Shown here: positions 1-10,832 of the stretch, piece by piece
Layout of the letters: each line of letters starts with the position of its first letter
Position numbering within the stretch: position 1 is the first letter of the stretch
Origin: Balanoglossus misakiensis
Taxonomy: Eukaryota > Animalia > Hemichordata
Direction: 5' to 3'
Assembly (NCBI GenBank): GCA_040954595.2
Contig: CM082595.2
Location: 8,228,317 to 8,292,316, forward strand
DNA: 64,000 nt
The notes under the pieces: generated by a model
Database searches by the model: none
Told to the model about the DNA's origin: nothing
Seen by the model: only the letters and a program-made list of their open reading frames with translations
Translations under genes and position numbers: made by a program

Positions 1-936
1 TTTACGAATCGCGCAGCTTGGAGAGCCGTTCAACTTGAATGCCCAGATCTGCGGCGCACCCATTCTCATTTGGCGCAAGGTACCCGGCCATCTAAGAAGT
101 TGGTTAAAATACAAGATGTCAAACGGTATCTGCGCGATGTTACCATTGCCAACGATGGTCTCTTAGTAGTGACTGATAATCAGCCATTTCAACCTACCAG
201 AGAACGTATAGTAGTGCCTAGAAGTGTCATCGATGGATTACTCACTGCTATTCATATACGTTTCCATCATCCCACTAAACACCAGATGAAACGCCTCCTT
301 CAAAGATACTTCTACGCACTCGATATGGACAAGGCCATCGAAAACACTTGTCTTACTTGCCACCATTGTCTCTCACTAAAATCTGTGCCCACAAGTCTGA
401 TCCCACAGTCCACTTCACCTCCCCAACACCAGATTGGGCGGTCGTATGCTGCAGACATCATGCGAAGATACAGACAATGTGTTTTTGTACTTCGTGAAAC
501 CGCATCATCATTTACCATGACAACACTTATTGACAATGAGCGCCATGATACAATAAGAGATGCTATCATATCCCTTTGTGCTGGCATTCGGCCACTTGGA
601 GATGATGAAATAACGATCCGTATCGACTCAGGTCCTGGATTAATCGCTCTTACCAAAGACCCTCTTTTGAGAAAACTACATATCAAGCTGGACATTGGCG
701 AGGTGAAGAATGTAAATAAAAACCCAGTAGCTGAAAATGCAATGAAGGAATTAGGCCTTGAATGCCTGAACATCAATCCAGATGGGGGTCCCCTGACTAG
801 TGTCACGTTGGCACTAGCAACGGCAAGCATGAATGCTAGGATTAGACGTGATGGATTATCCGCTAGAGAAATATGGACTCAACGAGACCAGATCACTGGC
901 GAACAACTTCCCCTGGATGACAGACAAATTATCCTA

Positions 937-1064
937 TATTTAAAACCGCATCACACCGCGATAATTAATCCGCATATGCTAATGAGCTAATGAATATTCA
1001 TTAGGACCATATATATAGTACGTTCGGTACCTAGAGCACACTTCCCACACTTCAACCACGAGAG
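937..1064 (+). repeat. Split direct repeat A1 (128 bp), matching A2 at 7378-7505
   Basis: TATTTAAAACCGCATCACACC...TTCAACCACGAGAG occurs at both sites. It contains a TATATATA box ~75 bp upstream of the ATG at 1088. Confidence 0.95.
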
Positions 1065-1087
1065 CAGGTGCAGCGGCAAAGGAGAGC

Positions 1088-3120
1088 ATGGCATCCAATG
1101 GTACTGATCAGCCCGCCCAGCCAGAAGCCACAATAACTCAGGTTGCAACCACCGTGACGCCAAATGTAGCTGCGGCAGCGTTTGTTGCAGCGCATCGGCC
1201 TTCTACTTCCCAAGGTAACATTGAAGCCCATGGTGAATCGCAGACAGCAACCCAGCAAACGCCCACTACCGCAGGTACAGGTGCAAGACCCAGAAGAGGA
1301 AACCGCGACGGCCTAGACCGTGTGCAAGGGAATGTAGAAAATGCTGCAGTAGCCGGAGAAACGGAGGTAAATAGTTTTGTGTTTCTTGTTTTTTCTCTGT
1401 CGTCGTGTTGTGATTTTTTGTTTTATATGTGTATCCAGCTGTGCGTTCGTCATTTTTTATTCATTTCATAGTTTTCCGCATGTGCACTGAGACGCCGAGT
1501 GTCTGTTGCCTTCTTGATTCATTCATTGCGTAACTTTCTGACACCTGTTGCACCCGTTTCCATGTGCATTGCTCATTTCATTTGGTCGTGCTATCACTTC
1601 ATTGTTCATTTCACCGCTTTGTGTTTTCATGTCCATTCAGCCGTACATTGTTCATTTCACCCGGTTGTGCTATCACTACATTGTTCATTTCATCGCTTTG
1701 TGTTTTCATGTCCATTCAGCCGTACATTGTTCATTTCATCCGGTCGTGCTATCACTACGTTCATCTGTTAGTGGTTTCACGTACATTGCTTATTTCATCT
1801 CGTGTTTTACATGCGTTTTTGCGTGCATGTCTTCATTGCCTCCATTCATTCCCGTTGTGACGCAAGGTGTGCTTTCATTGCTTCATTTCATCCCCGTGAT
1901 GTCGGGCGTGTGTTTTTATTGTTACATTTCACCTAGGCCATTGTTCGCGCTTGTCACCCACGGCATGATGTAGACTGACGTAGCATGAACATCTATGGCC
2001 TTCCCCACATTCTGCATGCCTTTCCCGGGGTCTCTACCCATAACCATGTATGTATATATGTACGTGTACATTGTCAGTCGCTATATAGTGTATTCTTCAT
2101 CGTATTGACTATATTGATTATATCGAGGGGCGTGTAGGCCCGATTATAGCGTGGGCGTGTAGGCCCGATTATATCGTTGGCGTGTAGGCCCGATTATATC
2201 GTGGGCGTGTAGGCCCGATTATATCGTGGGGCGTGTAGGCCCGATTATATCGTGGGGCGTGTAGGCCCGATTATATCGTGGGGCGTGTAGGCCCGATTAT
2301 ATCGTGGGGCGTGTAGGCCCGATTATATCGTGGGGCGTGTAGGTCCGATTATATCGAGGGGCGTGTAGGTCCGATTATATAGAGGGGCGTGTAGGCCCGA
2401 TTATGTCGTGGGGCGTGTAGGCCCGATTAAGTCGTAGGGCGTGTAGGCCCGATTATACCGAGAAACGTGGAAGCTCGATTATATGGTGGGGCCCGGGGTG
2501 GGGCGTGCAGCTCGATTATTACGATAACCTGGCTTTGTGTGCTGTGGGTAATACCTAGTAGTATAAATAGATGTGAAGGCAGCGCATATTGCATACTGGT
2601 TCTAGAGTGTCTTTGGTTAGATGATTATGAGAATGTTCTTGCTATATTTTAGGTGAAGCGACAGCTTACTGAGTTACAGAGACAGATGGAACAAATGGTG
2701 CAGTCCAGTGGAACGGCATCGGTAGACGAGGCATTGCAAAAAGTGATGGATTTGGCACATAACCCCTCTGTCACATCTCGCAGCCAGTTGCTGAGTGCGT
2801 TGAGGGCATTGGTCGACCGCGCCACGTCTATTGGCCACTCAAAGTTGCATCGATACAGGGCAGTCCTGTCACAGTTTGAATCCAATGACTTTGGAGATGA
2901 GGCTGGGCGACTGATAGTACTGTTGCTAGGCAACAAAGAGGAAGCAGAAATCGCATTCAAGGTTAACAAATTTATGCAGCATGCAAAGAGCCGTCCTGCG
3001 CCCTATAATCGCCCAAGATGGAGAGGGGGTGATCAGTACCGTGAAAATAGAGATGGAAAGTGTTATGTTTGTGGATTACCAGGTCACTTCGCTAGAAGTT
3101 GTGACAAAAAGAAAGAATAA
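1088..3120 (+). CDS. YR-element gag-like ORF1, predicted spliced: join(1088..1366,2653..3120)
   Basis: Donor GAG|GTAAAT at 1366/1367 and acceptor TTTTAG|GTG at 2652/2653, both phase 0. C-terminal CCHC knuckle CYVCGLPGHFARSC. AATAAA at 3152. Confidence 0.75.
1583..1758. repeat. 79-bp tandem repeat (~2.2 copies) in the predicted leader intron
   Basis: CTATCACT recurs at 1591, 1670 and 1749 with near-identical sequence between. Confidence 0.85.
2118..2457. repeat. 26-27-bp minisatellite (~12 copies)
   Basis: Unit GGGGCGTGTAGGCCCGATTATATCGT(G) repeated in tandem. Confidence 0.95.
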
Positions 3121-3322
3121 TGTATACAATTTGGCTTGATGCTTGAAATGTAATAAAACGTAATATAATCTATATTGTGTCTGGCCTTTTCATTATCCCC
3201 TGGGCAGGGGGGCTACCTCAAGAAGCCCTTTGCTGTTTCAGCAACCTGCATATGCAGGTCCTGTCTGGGGGCGCCCTCATGTAACCCTACTAGTGTTACA
3301 TTACCTTTGTGTTCTCTTGCAG

Positions 3323-5502
3323 TTTCACACCCCCGAGTGGGAATACCTGTACGAGGTGAATCGGGAGTCCTGTGTACGACAATATCACTCTTGGGTTACA
3401 TGTGAGGGCGCTCCCAGGCAGGTGGAATATGTCGAGCTGCCAAGTGTCAAAGATGTTGCTATGGGAAAAGTATATGCTTCGCCAAGTGATTTATTTTACC
3501 GAGACCCCAATGAATTCCAGGCTGGGGAACTTCATAACCATGTAGAATTCTGGCAAGATATCACCCGGTGTTTACTTGACCGTGATGTGATCATGGACTG
3601 GCTAATTAATGGAGTGTACATTTCACGATTCATGCAACATTTTAAAGGACAATTTAAGACCCGAGATTATGACCATGTCGCACCCCCTTGTCAAGCATTT
3701 TACAACAACCCCCAATGTAGCCAATTTGGCGAGTTTATTGCCAAGACCTTGGGGGACAGATTACAGTCTGGGGCTATATCTAGATTCGGAAAAGTTGGAT
3801 GTGATCCACCCCCTCGCATTGTTATGCCCATAACGATTGAACCCACAAAACCCCGACTGTGCATAGACATGCGCTTTCTCAATCTGTGGATTTCAGACAT
3901 CCCCTTTTCGCTTGATAAATTACTCGAGGTCACAAAATACCTCGATGGTAATGATTACCAGTTTAAGTGTGACGATACGAGTGGGTATGATCACATCCGA
4001 ATAGCAGAACCCGATAGAGTGTATGTGGGTTTTCAGTGGGCAGGGTATTGGTATATTTGCAATACACTGCCATTTGGATGGAAATTATCTGCATATATAT
4101 ATCAGACAGCAGGTTACTGTATTACTAGTTATGTCAGATCCTTAGGTGTACCATGTATACAATACATAGATGACCGGCATGGGGCGCACTGCGCCTGCCC
4201 AGAGGGAAAAATCAACAGAATTGGGGTAAGGCACAATTGGCAGAGGCCGCAGCCTTCATTTTGTTAAAAACGTGCATCGATGCTGGATACTTTATATCAC
4301 TAGACAAAAGCGTGTTGAAACCAGTCCAACGCTTGGTGATGTTGGGTCTGACTGTAGACACCGTAGATATGGCTTTCTCCATACCAGAGAAGAAAAAATG
4401 CTCATTCTTGGAGCTAGTTAATGGGGTCTTACAAGCAAAAATGACCCACCTATCCCTAATTCAGAAGATCATGGGCAAATGCATTTCGCTATCCTTAGCC
4501 ATACCATGTGCTAGGTTGTATATCAGACAAATGGCGACCGTAGTGGCAAAAGCCAATTCTACAGCGAGATCCGTGATAGCTTTAAAGAGCGCCCTCAGAG
4601 GGGAGCTAATGGAATGGGTTAGAATAGTTGAAAGCGCGCAGAAATTTAAACGGCCTATAGAAGAACACGTTGAGATTTCCATCTCCACCGATGCTAGCTC
4701 ATATAAATGGGGTGCGATATTACACCAGAGTCATGAGGTGGATTCTGATATCATAGTCAGCGATATGTGGGAGAACGAATGGGCGGGAAAACCAATAGTG
4801 CTAAATGAGGCCGAGGCATTGCTGAGAGCTCTGACGGCGTTTCAAGATGTAACACGGGACAAGCGTGTTGACGCAAATGTGGACTCCATGGTATTGATAC
4901 AAGTATGGGCAAAGGGTACCCCGGGAGCCAAATCAGTCGCCCTCAATGAAGTAGTCCGCAAGTTGTTTCATTGGTGCGTGGATAATAACATCAGGCTGAC
5001 GCTTAGATACGTGAAGTCATCAGACAATAAAGCAGACGCGCCGTCAAGAGAGATATCGCCGATGGACGCTGCACTAACCCCCAAAGCGTGGGAAAAGGTT
5101 CAGAAATTGTTTGGGCCACACCAGATAGATGCCATGGCAAACAGTTCCAATACAAAATTGCCGAGGTTCGTGGCCCCATTCAAACAGCCTGGCTGTGAAG
5201 GTGTGAATATATTTCACCATAGCTTCTCGAGGGATGACAAGCTGTATATATATCCACCCTTTGTACTGGTACATGCTGTCCTCCGACACGTTATTCAGCG
5301 AGGCTATAAGGCTACAGTGATCGTACCCAGACACAGATTCACTCCACCGTTCTGGCCACTCATACGCCAAAAGGCAGTGGACATTCAGCAGATAGGAGAA
5401 CACGGAGAAGACGATGTGATCCTTATACCAACAAAGTACGGTTATGCACCACGTAGTCTCAAGTGTGACTTGTATGCTGTGTCTCTAGGCGATAGAGTAT
5501 AA
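3323..5502 (+). CDS. YR-element pol: reverse transcriptase, RNase H and N6-adenine methyltransferase-like domain, with a frameshift near 4181-4185
   Basis: RT motifs LPFG and YIDD. RNase H motifs TDAS, EAEAL and ADAPSR. MT-like motifs IDAMAN and YIYPPF. ORFs 3230-4267 and 4237-5502 join if one G is added in the GGGG run after YIDDRH. Confidence 0.88.
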
Positions 5503-5653
5503 TATACACGTAGATATATCATGAGAAGATGTTTTTACACATAATTCTCTCTATCATAGTATGTTCAAACATAAATAAAGTAAACAAATGAATATACGTA
5601 ATGGAAATAGTTAAGTTCGTGGTCATTATTTATGCATTATCTCCTATCCACAG

Positions 5654-6910
5654 ATTTTGTGCTGGATGTGTGGAGTAAGAAACGATGAGCAACAGACACA
5701 GTGTCAGATGTGTTCAACATTGCTAGCGCCAATTAAGCCTCCACGAAATCATACCAAGATTGTCAATACACCAAATCTACTCGCGATAGACCAACGTATG
5801 CACGAGGTGCTGGGACACAGGTCTCCATATGAGATACAAAAGGACAGGATTATACAGCAACTTGAATCCTTCATGAGCGCAGTTCCCGGGCAGGTGGGTC
5901 TGGCGGGAGTAAAACCAGAGCATATCGTGAAATTTCTTATATACAAGGATAAAGACGCAAAGACGCAAGTACATCAGGACATATGTGATTATTATGGGAG
6001 GGAAGGCCACATGCCTTGTCAATGTCCAAAACGCCTGACATCTGGCACATTAAAAAATATGGTATCAAAAATGAGTGCATTTTTTCAACAACTGCCTCGA
6101 GATAACCCGACCAAATCAATTATGGTAGAAAGATATATTAAAAAAATGTCAGAAGAGCAAGCCAAGGCACACGTTATGCCAAAACAAGCGAAATCCTTGT
6201 TTTTGCAGAAGATGAAGTTGATATTTGGGCACATTCTTAATAAATTAGCCACAGCCACGACAATTGGTCAGATTTATATACTGGCTCGTGATATAACCTT
6301 CTTCAAAGTTCTAATGTTCTCCGGAGATAGAGCGGGAGATCTGGGTAATGTCAAAACACAGGAAATTCTCCGTTTCCCAGATAATTCAGGTTTTATATTC
6401 AACCATACATACGGGAAAACATTAAGAGGTGCTACATCAAACATGTTTGCAATCAAGCGATGTATAGATGTAGGGATCTGTCCAGTATACGCCATCGAGC
6501 AATACATCACTCTAGCAGAGAGGATTGGGATAAATTTAAGAAGGGGACACATGTTCCGCCCAACGACACCAAGTGGTGAGGTAGACCAACGCCCTCTGTC
6601 GTCACAGGCAGTCTATGGTCGCCTTAAAACGTATTTGCAGGAGCTGAATTTAGATCAAGGGGAAACACCCCATGGCTGTAGAAGTGCTTGTGCCATCTCG
6701 TTATCATTAGCGGGAGCACAAGTAGACGACTTGTTACGTCATATTGGATGGAAGTCAAAAGATATGGCACATCATTATACAAAATTGTCACAAGTATCAG
6801 CAGCTCAGGGGCCGGCTGAGAAACTTAGAAAAACAGTTGATATGAACACGGTCTTGACACAAGAGTATGAACAGGCAAATAACTTGACGGGTTTTTCTCA
6901 AGCCTTCTGA
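5654..6910 (+). CDS. Tyrosine recombinase with N-terminal CxxC...CxxC zinc ribbon
   Basis: Catalytic motifs GDRAGD (R), HGCR (HxxR), HIGW and HHY (Y). ORF is open. Acceptor CCACAG at 5653. Confidence 0.92.
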   Translation: MLCWMCGVRNDEQQTQCQMCSTLLAPIKPPRNHTKIVNTPNLLAIDQRMHEVLGHRSPYEIQKDRIIQQLESFMSAVPGQVGLAGVKPEHIVKFLIYKDKDAKTQVHQDICDYYGREGHMPCQCPKRLTSGTLKNMVSKMSAFFQQLPRDNPTKSIMVERYIKKMSEEQAKAHVMPKQAKSLFLQKMKLIFGHILNKLATATTIGQIYILARDITFFKVLMFSGDRAGDLGNVKTQEILRFPDNSGFIFNHTYGKTLRGATSNMFAIKRCIDVGICPVYAIEQYITLAERIGINLRRGHMFRPTTPSGEVDQRPLSSQAVYGRLKTYLQELNLDQGETPHGCRSACAISLSLAGAQVDDLLRHIGWKSKDMAHHYTKLSQVSAAQGPAEKLRKTVDMNTVLTQEYEQANNLTGFSQAF

Positions 6911-7299
6911 TGTGTACATATAGATAAGTAAATAATAATGGATATGGAATATTTAAGCACATACAACGTGCTGTTATCCCTGTGTAATGTAAATATTAGT
7001 GTCTATCATATTATTAGTAGTACTAGCATGAGAAGAGATTGCTTTTCTGCTGTAATTGCCATGGTGACTATTAATCATGTATTTGTAAGTTGTGAAAATA
7101 AAGACATGATGGATCAAAACATATGATCACATCCAAATAACAGAACCTATAGAATGTATATGGGTTATATTTCAGTGTCAATAGGTTTGGGAAATATAAT
7201 TGAGTGAGCTGATGGATATGGGGTATTTAAGGTATGGGAACATGAGTAGGGTTCTTATGGTAATTGCATAGATAATGAAGAGAAGCGAGTTTTGCCGTA

Positions 7300-7720
7300 G
7301 ATAACAACGATCTGACCCAATCCTTATTACAATAGGCAATATTCTTGAGCGGGGTGGTAAGGCTTTAAATATTATATTATTTAAAACCGCATCACACCGC
7401 GATAATTAATCCGCATATGCTAATGAGCTAATGAATATTCATTAGGACCATATATATAGTACGTTCGGTACCTAGAGCACACTTCCCACACTTCAACCAC
7501 GAGAGTAAGCAGTGCTAGCGGTTGATGAGAAAACTCCATAGGTAAAGGGAGGGGAGGGGAGGGGAGGGGAGGGGAGGGGGAGATTTGGTAATTCCCCACC
7601 CGCCCACCCGATCTTAGTCACTCCGCTCCGGAATTCGCCTTTGATAACAACGATCTGACCCAATCCTTATTACAATAGGCAATATTCTTGAGCGGGGTGG
7701 TAAGGCTTTAAATATTATAT
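7300..7720 (+). repeat. 3' split-repeat block B1-A2-spacer-B2
   Basis: 78-bp B (GATAACAACGATC...AATATTATAT) at 7300-7377 and 7643-7720. A2 abuts B1 directly. (GGGGA)n tract at ~7547-7581. Confidence 0.93.
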
Positions 7721-8444
7721 AATCAACACTTCAGTCGCATACAAAACCATGCATCAAGTTCCAAAAGCAAAGCCCATGGTAAAACAGTTATGGCAACCAA
7801 TAACTTCAAAGTTGGGGATCTTGTCTACCTGTATAGAGAAAGAGATAAAACCCGCGCCAGGGATAAATATCTGGTAACCAGTATAACCGACGATAAATGC
7901 CAAATAAGAAAATTTACCAATACACAGTTACGCTCGAAGACGTATAACGTCAAGCTTTCGGACTGTTATCCCATCAGGCCCACTGTATTGTCACAGTCAG
8001 GTCCAATCAGAGGCCTTGACAAGAGTAATGATGATGATGCAGCTCCGATGGAAGAAACAAACCAAACCGTGTCAAAATCTCTTCTGCCGCTGACACCAGC
8101 AGAGGCAACACATACACATTCAGTAATATCGACACCAAATTTGGCGGACATACCAAATGCTGAATTGACTATACCGGCACCACCAAATAGCCCACCAATA
8201 AATATAGCGCCATCGCCACTTTTATCACCATCATCTTCACCATGCAAGGGCAACAGCAACAATAGTACGTCCCCAGTGAAAGAGCTACGTCGATCCTCGA
8301 GAATTAGGAAACCACCATCGTGGCAAGAATCTGGAGACTGGATACTTAAATAAGTACTGCTTAAAATATAGGCCATAATGATGCCTGTAACAGGGTGAGA
8401 GCCTAGCGCCGCCCACTTTCATGCAACTCGGTGACACTGTTCCA

Positions 8445-10457
8445 TTAGATATTCCACTGTTGTGTTTACATCTTCTGGTTTGGCGAAAACCCCAACGGCT
8501 TCTAGCTCATCAAACTTGTCCTGTAGTGTAATTAATGTTTCTCGGTTGTAATGAGGGAGCCGACCTTTCCTTTGTGGAGGTAATACCGGGCCCATATTGA
8601 CGGTGGCTTCAATACGCCCACTAGCTCCATTATATTTAGATATTGTCGGATTGAAGACATCATCATATTGTTGATGCAATTTGATAAATTCATCCTTAAT
8701 GGAGCGTGTAAGTTGATTGTCTGGGTCAAGGGATATTCCAGATGAGAATGGTTCACGTACACCGGTACTTGGCAAAGCAGAAGTAGTGGACTGGGTACTT
8801 TTACCTGCGTCAGACAAAGGAGCAGGAGATAGTAGTCGTACTTGACAGAGGTGATCATGGCGTTTAAGTAGGATAGGTTCTGATGTCGAGTTTATAATAC
8901 GTAATGTATGGTCGACAGATTGTATTTCCTGGGGTTGAGGCCAAGCAGATGTAGCTTTTATTGATTGATTCAGAGGATTGTCGTAACGGGGTTCCAGAGC
9001 TAATAATGAATCTGGGTTACAGGAGGGGGGTGTTTCAAGTTCGATAAATTCCCCTGGAAGTAGAGTACGTTTTGATGGACAACGGATTAAATAGGCTTGT
9101 GTACGGCGGATCGAAGCAGTGTGGTGTTGTTGCTGGCCATAATAAATAATATCTGACCCTTTGATAACGATCTGCCTCTTAGCAGGGCGTGTAGCGATAT
9201 CATTACTGACATGAAAGGGATTCCCAGCCAAGACATCAACATCAAGGTTTTCCACCACCAAAGCATCTAAAGTAAAGGTATAACTTCCTCGTGACAATTG
9301 GCAGTGAACTTCTCCAATGACATCCATTGGCGTAATCCCGTCAGCCTGGCGGGCCATCTGTGAAGCAGGGGTTATAGGTAGACCAATAGATCTAGCAAAA
9401 GCAGACTTGATCATATTTGTAGTTGCACCTGTATCAAGAGTTACCTTCACAGGATAATGCTGGTAGAATGTGTTGAGAAAGGGCGACTGAATTATATTGA
9501 CACGCATGACATGTGGTTCATCGATGAGGGCATTTACAGGATTCTCGTCTGGTCTGGATTCGTAATCAACTGTATCGGAGGGATTGTAATAATCAATCTC
9601 TTCATCATCATTCTGAACATAACGGGAGCGACTGAAGTTCGCTCTATCTTCATCTGGTAGAAATCTGCAGTCGACGAGGGAGTGTGACGTGAAATTTTGT
9701 CTACCTGCAGTTCTACATAAGATACATGATTTTACAGGCTGTCTACGACGTGGAAATGGCCGGTTTGTACGCGAAAACGGCTTATATGGCTGCGGCTTAT
9801 ATGCATTAAAAATGCCGGTACGCATAACTTTGCTGTCCTCTATGCTATGCAACTCATCTAAAAGTGATGGCATTGCCTGAGAGATTTCCGGTTTAAGTGA
9901 AGTGAGCGATTTATTGCGTAAGTCAGATCCGTATTTTTGTTTGACCAGTTGAGGTAAGCCAGGGTTGACCAACTGCAGCCAAAGAAAGACAATAGTATTT
10001 TCTAAAGTTGGTGTAACATCTTCATCTGCAGTAATAACTTCACCGTGGTGAGTGATGCCACCTTCTCTGGTCAGGAGATTATCGTCATAGAATGCGACGA
10101 TGCGTTGATAAAGATCTTCCGGCTTTTCGTCGGGTTGTAAGCGAATGCTACTCAAATCGAGAAAGTGCGCTCCTGTTGATTGGAAGCCATAATGTTGACG
10201 AATTTTCTGCCATATGTCATTTAATGACGTCGACTGCTTTATAATAGAGTTCCTTGAGATAATCGAACAATAATTTGCTATTTGCTATTAGGATTGGCTG
10301 AGGTTTTCTTGTGCCAAGTAAATCCGTCTCTCAAAAATACTCGAAAATTCGGGTCCAGTGACAAGATGTATATCAAGTTTTGTTTCCAATTTTCGAAGGA
10401 GTTTATGGTCTCGCACTTCGTGAGTTGCCATTGTTTCGGTGCACGAGCAGTGGCCAT
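8445..10457 (-). pseudogene. Ty3/Gypsy gag-protease-start of RT, truncated at ~8445, with a deletion/frameshift near 10280
   Basis: Gag start [10 protein letters not shown], knuckle CILC...HSLVDC, aspartic protease LDTGA, RT N-terminus ...KPEDVNTTVEYL followed by unrelated sequence. Confidence 0.88.
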
Positions 10458-10694
10458 TGTGCATAAATTACACAAGGAACAATAGAACTTGATGTCGATA
10501 GTTACGTAAGTACTGCAACAAGGCTATAAATAGGTACCTGAGATGGTGCCTGTGACGAATGTTTTTCCTACCGTAACGTACGTCGGTGAACTTTTCAACA
10601 GCTCAGCTTGGTTGCATTTAAATAGCCTGCACGGGTATTTGGTCCATATAGTCTTCTCTTTGTTGAAGGCTTCTTAGCGGTCGTGGACTCGAAA

Positions 10695-10832
10695 ACCGCT
10701 GCCACCACGGCAATAAAGACAGACCAACTTGACGTGCAATGAACTGCAACCGTTTAATAGCGATCAATAATAATAGACAACGAACAGCAAACACACATAC
10801 TTAGTAAATAACATTACCATAACAATGTAACA
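10695..10832 (-). repeat. Gypsy 5' LTR (~125 bp, 10708-10832) and tRNA-Leu primer-binding site (10695-10707)
   Basis: Minus strand reads TGTTACATTG...ATTAAA...TTTATTGCCG then TGGTGGCAGCGGT, complementary to the ...ACCGCTGCCACCA 3' end of eukaryotic tRNA-Leu(AAG/TAG). Confidence 0.8.

Larger units (their letters stand above)
937..7720 (+). mobile_element. Full-length PAT-like (DIRS group) tyrosine-recombinase retrotransposon with split direct repeats
   Basis: Repeat layout A1 (937-1064) ... B1 (7300-7377) A2 (7378-7505) ... B2 (7643-7720). Encodes gag, RT/RNaseH/methyltransferase and YR ORFs. No target-site duplication. Confidence 0.93.
1..8353 (+). mobile_element. Ty3/Gypsy pol 3' part (integrase), split by the YR element at 936/937 and 7720/7721
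   Basis: ORF 70-990 has an HHCC zinc finger (HIRFHH...CHHC) and a DDE core (ADIM, RIDSG, AENA). Removing 937-7720 gives DDRQIIL|NQHFSRIQNHASSSKSKAHGKTVMATNNFKVG, in frame with ORF 7790-8353. Confidence 0.9.

Noticed and set aside
1499-1973. Overlapping hydrophobic ORFs
   Set aside because: They derive from the T-rich 79-bp repeat inside the predicted intron.
2118-2457. Short regular repeats resembling a CRISPR array (also 28092-30373 and 55645-55930)
   Set aside because: No unique spacers, no cas genes, and the context is eukaryotic.
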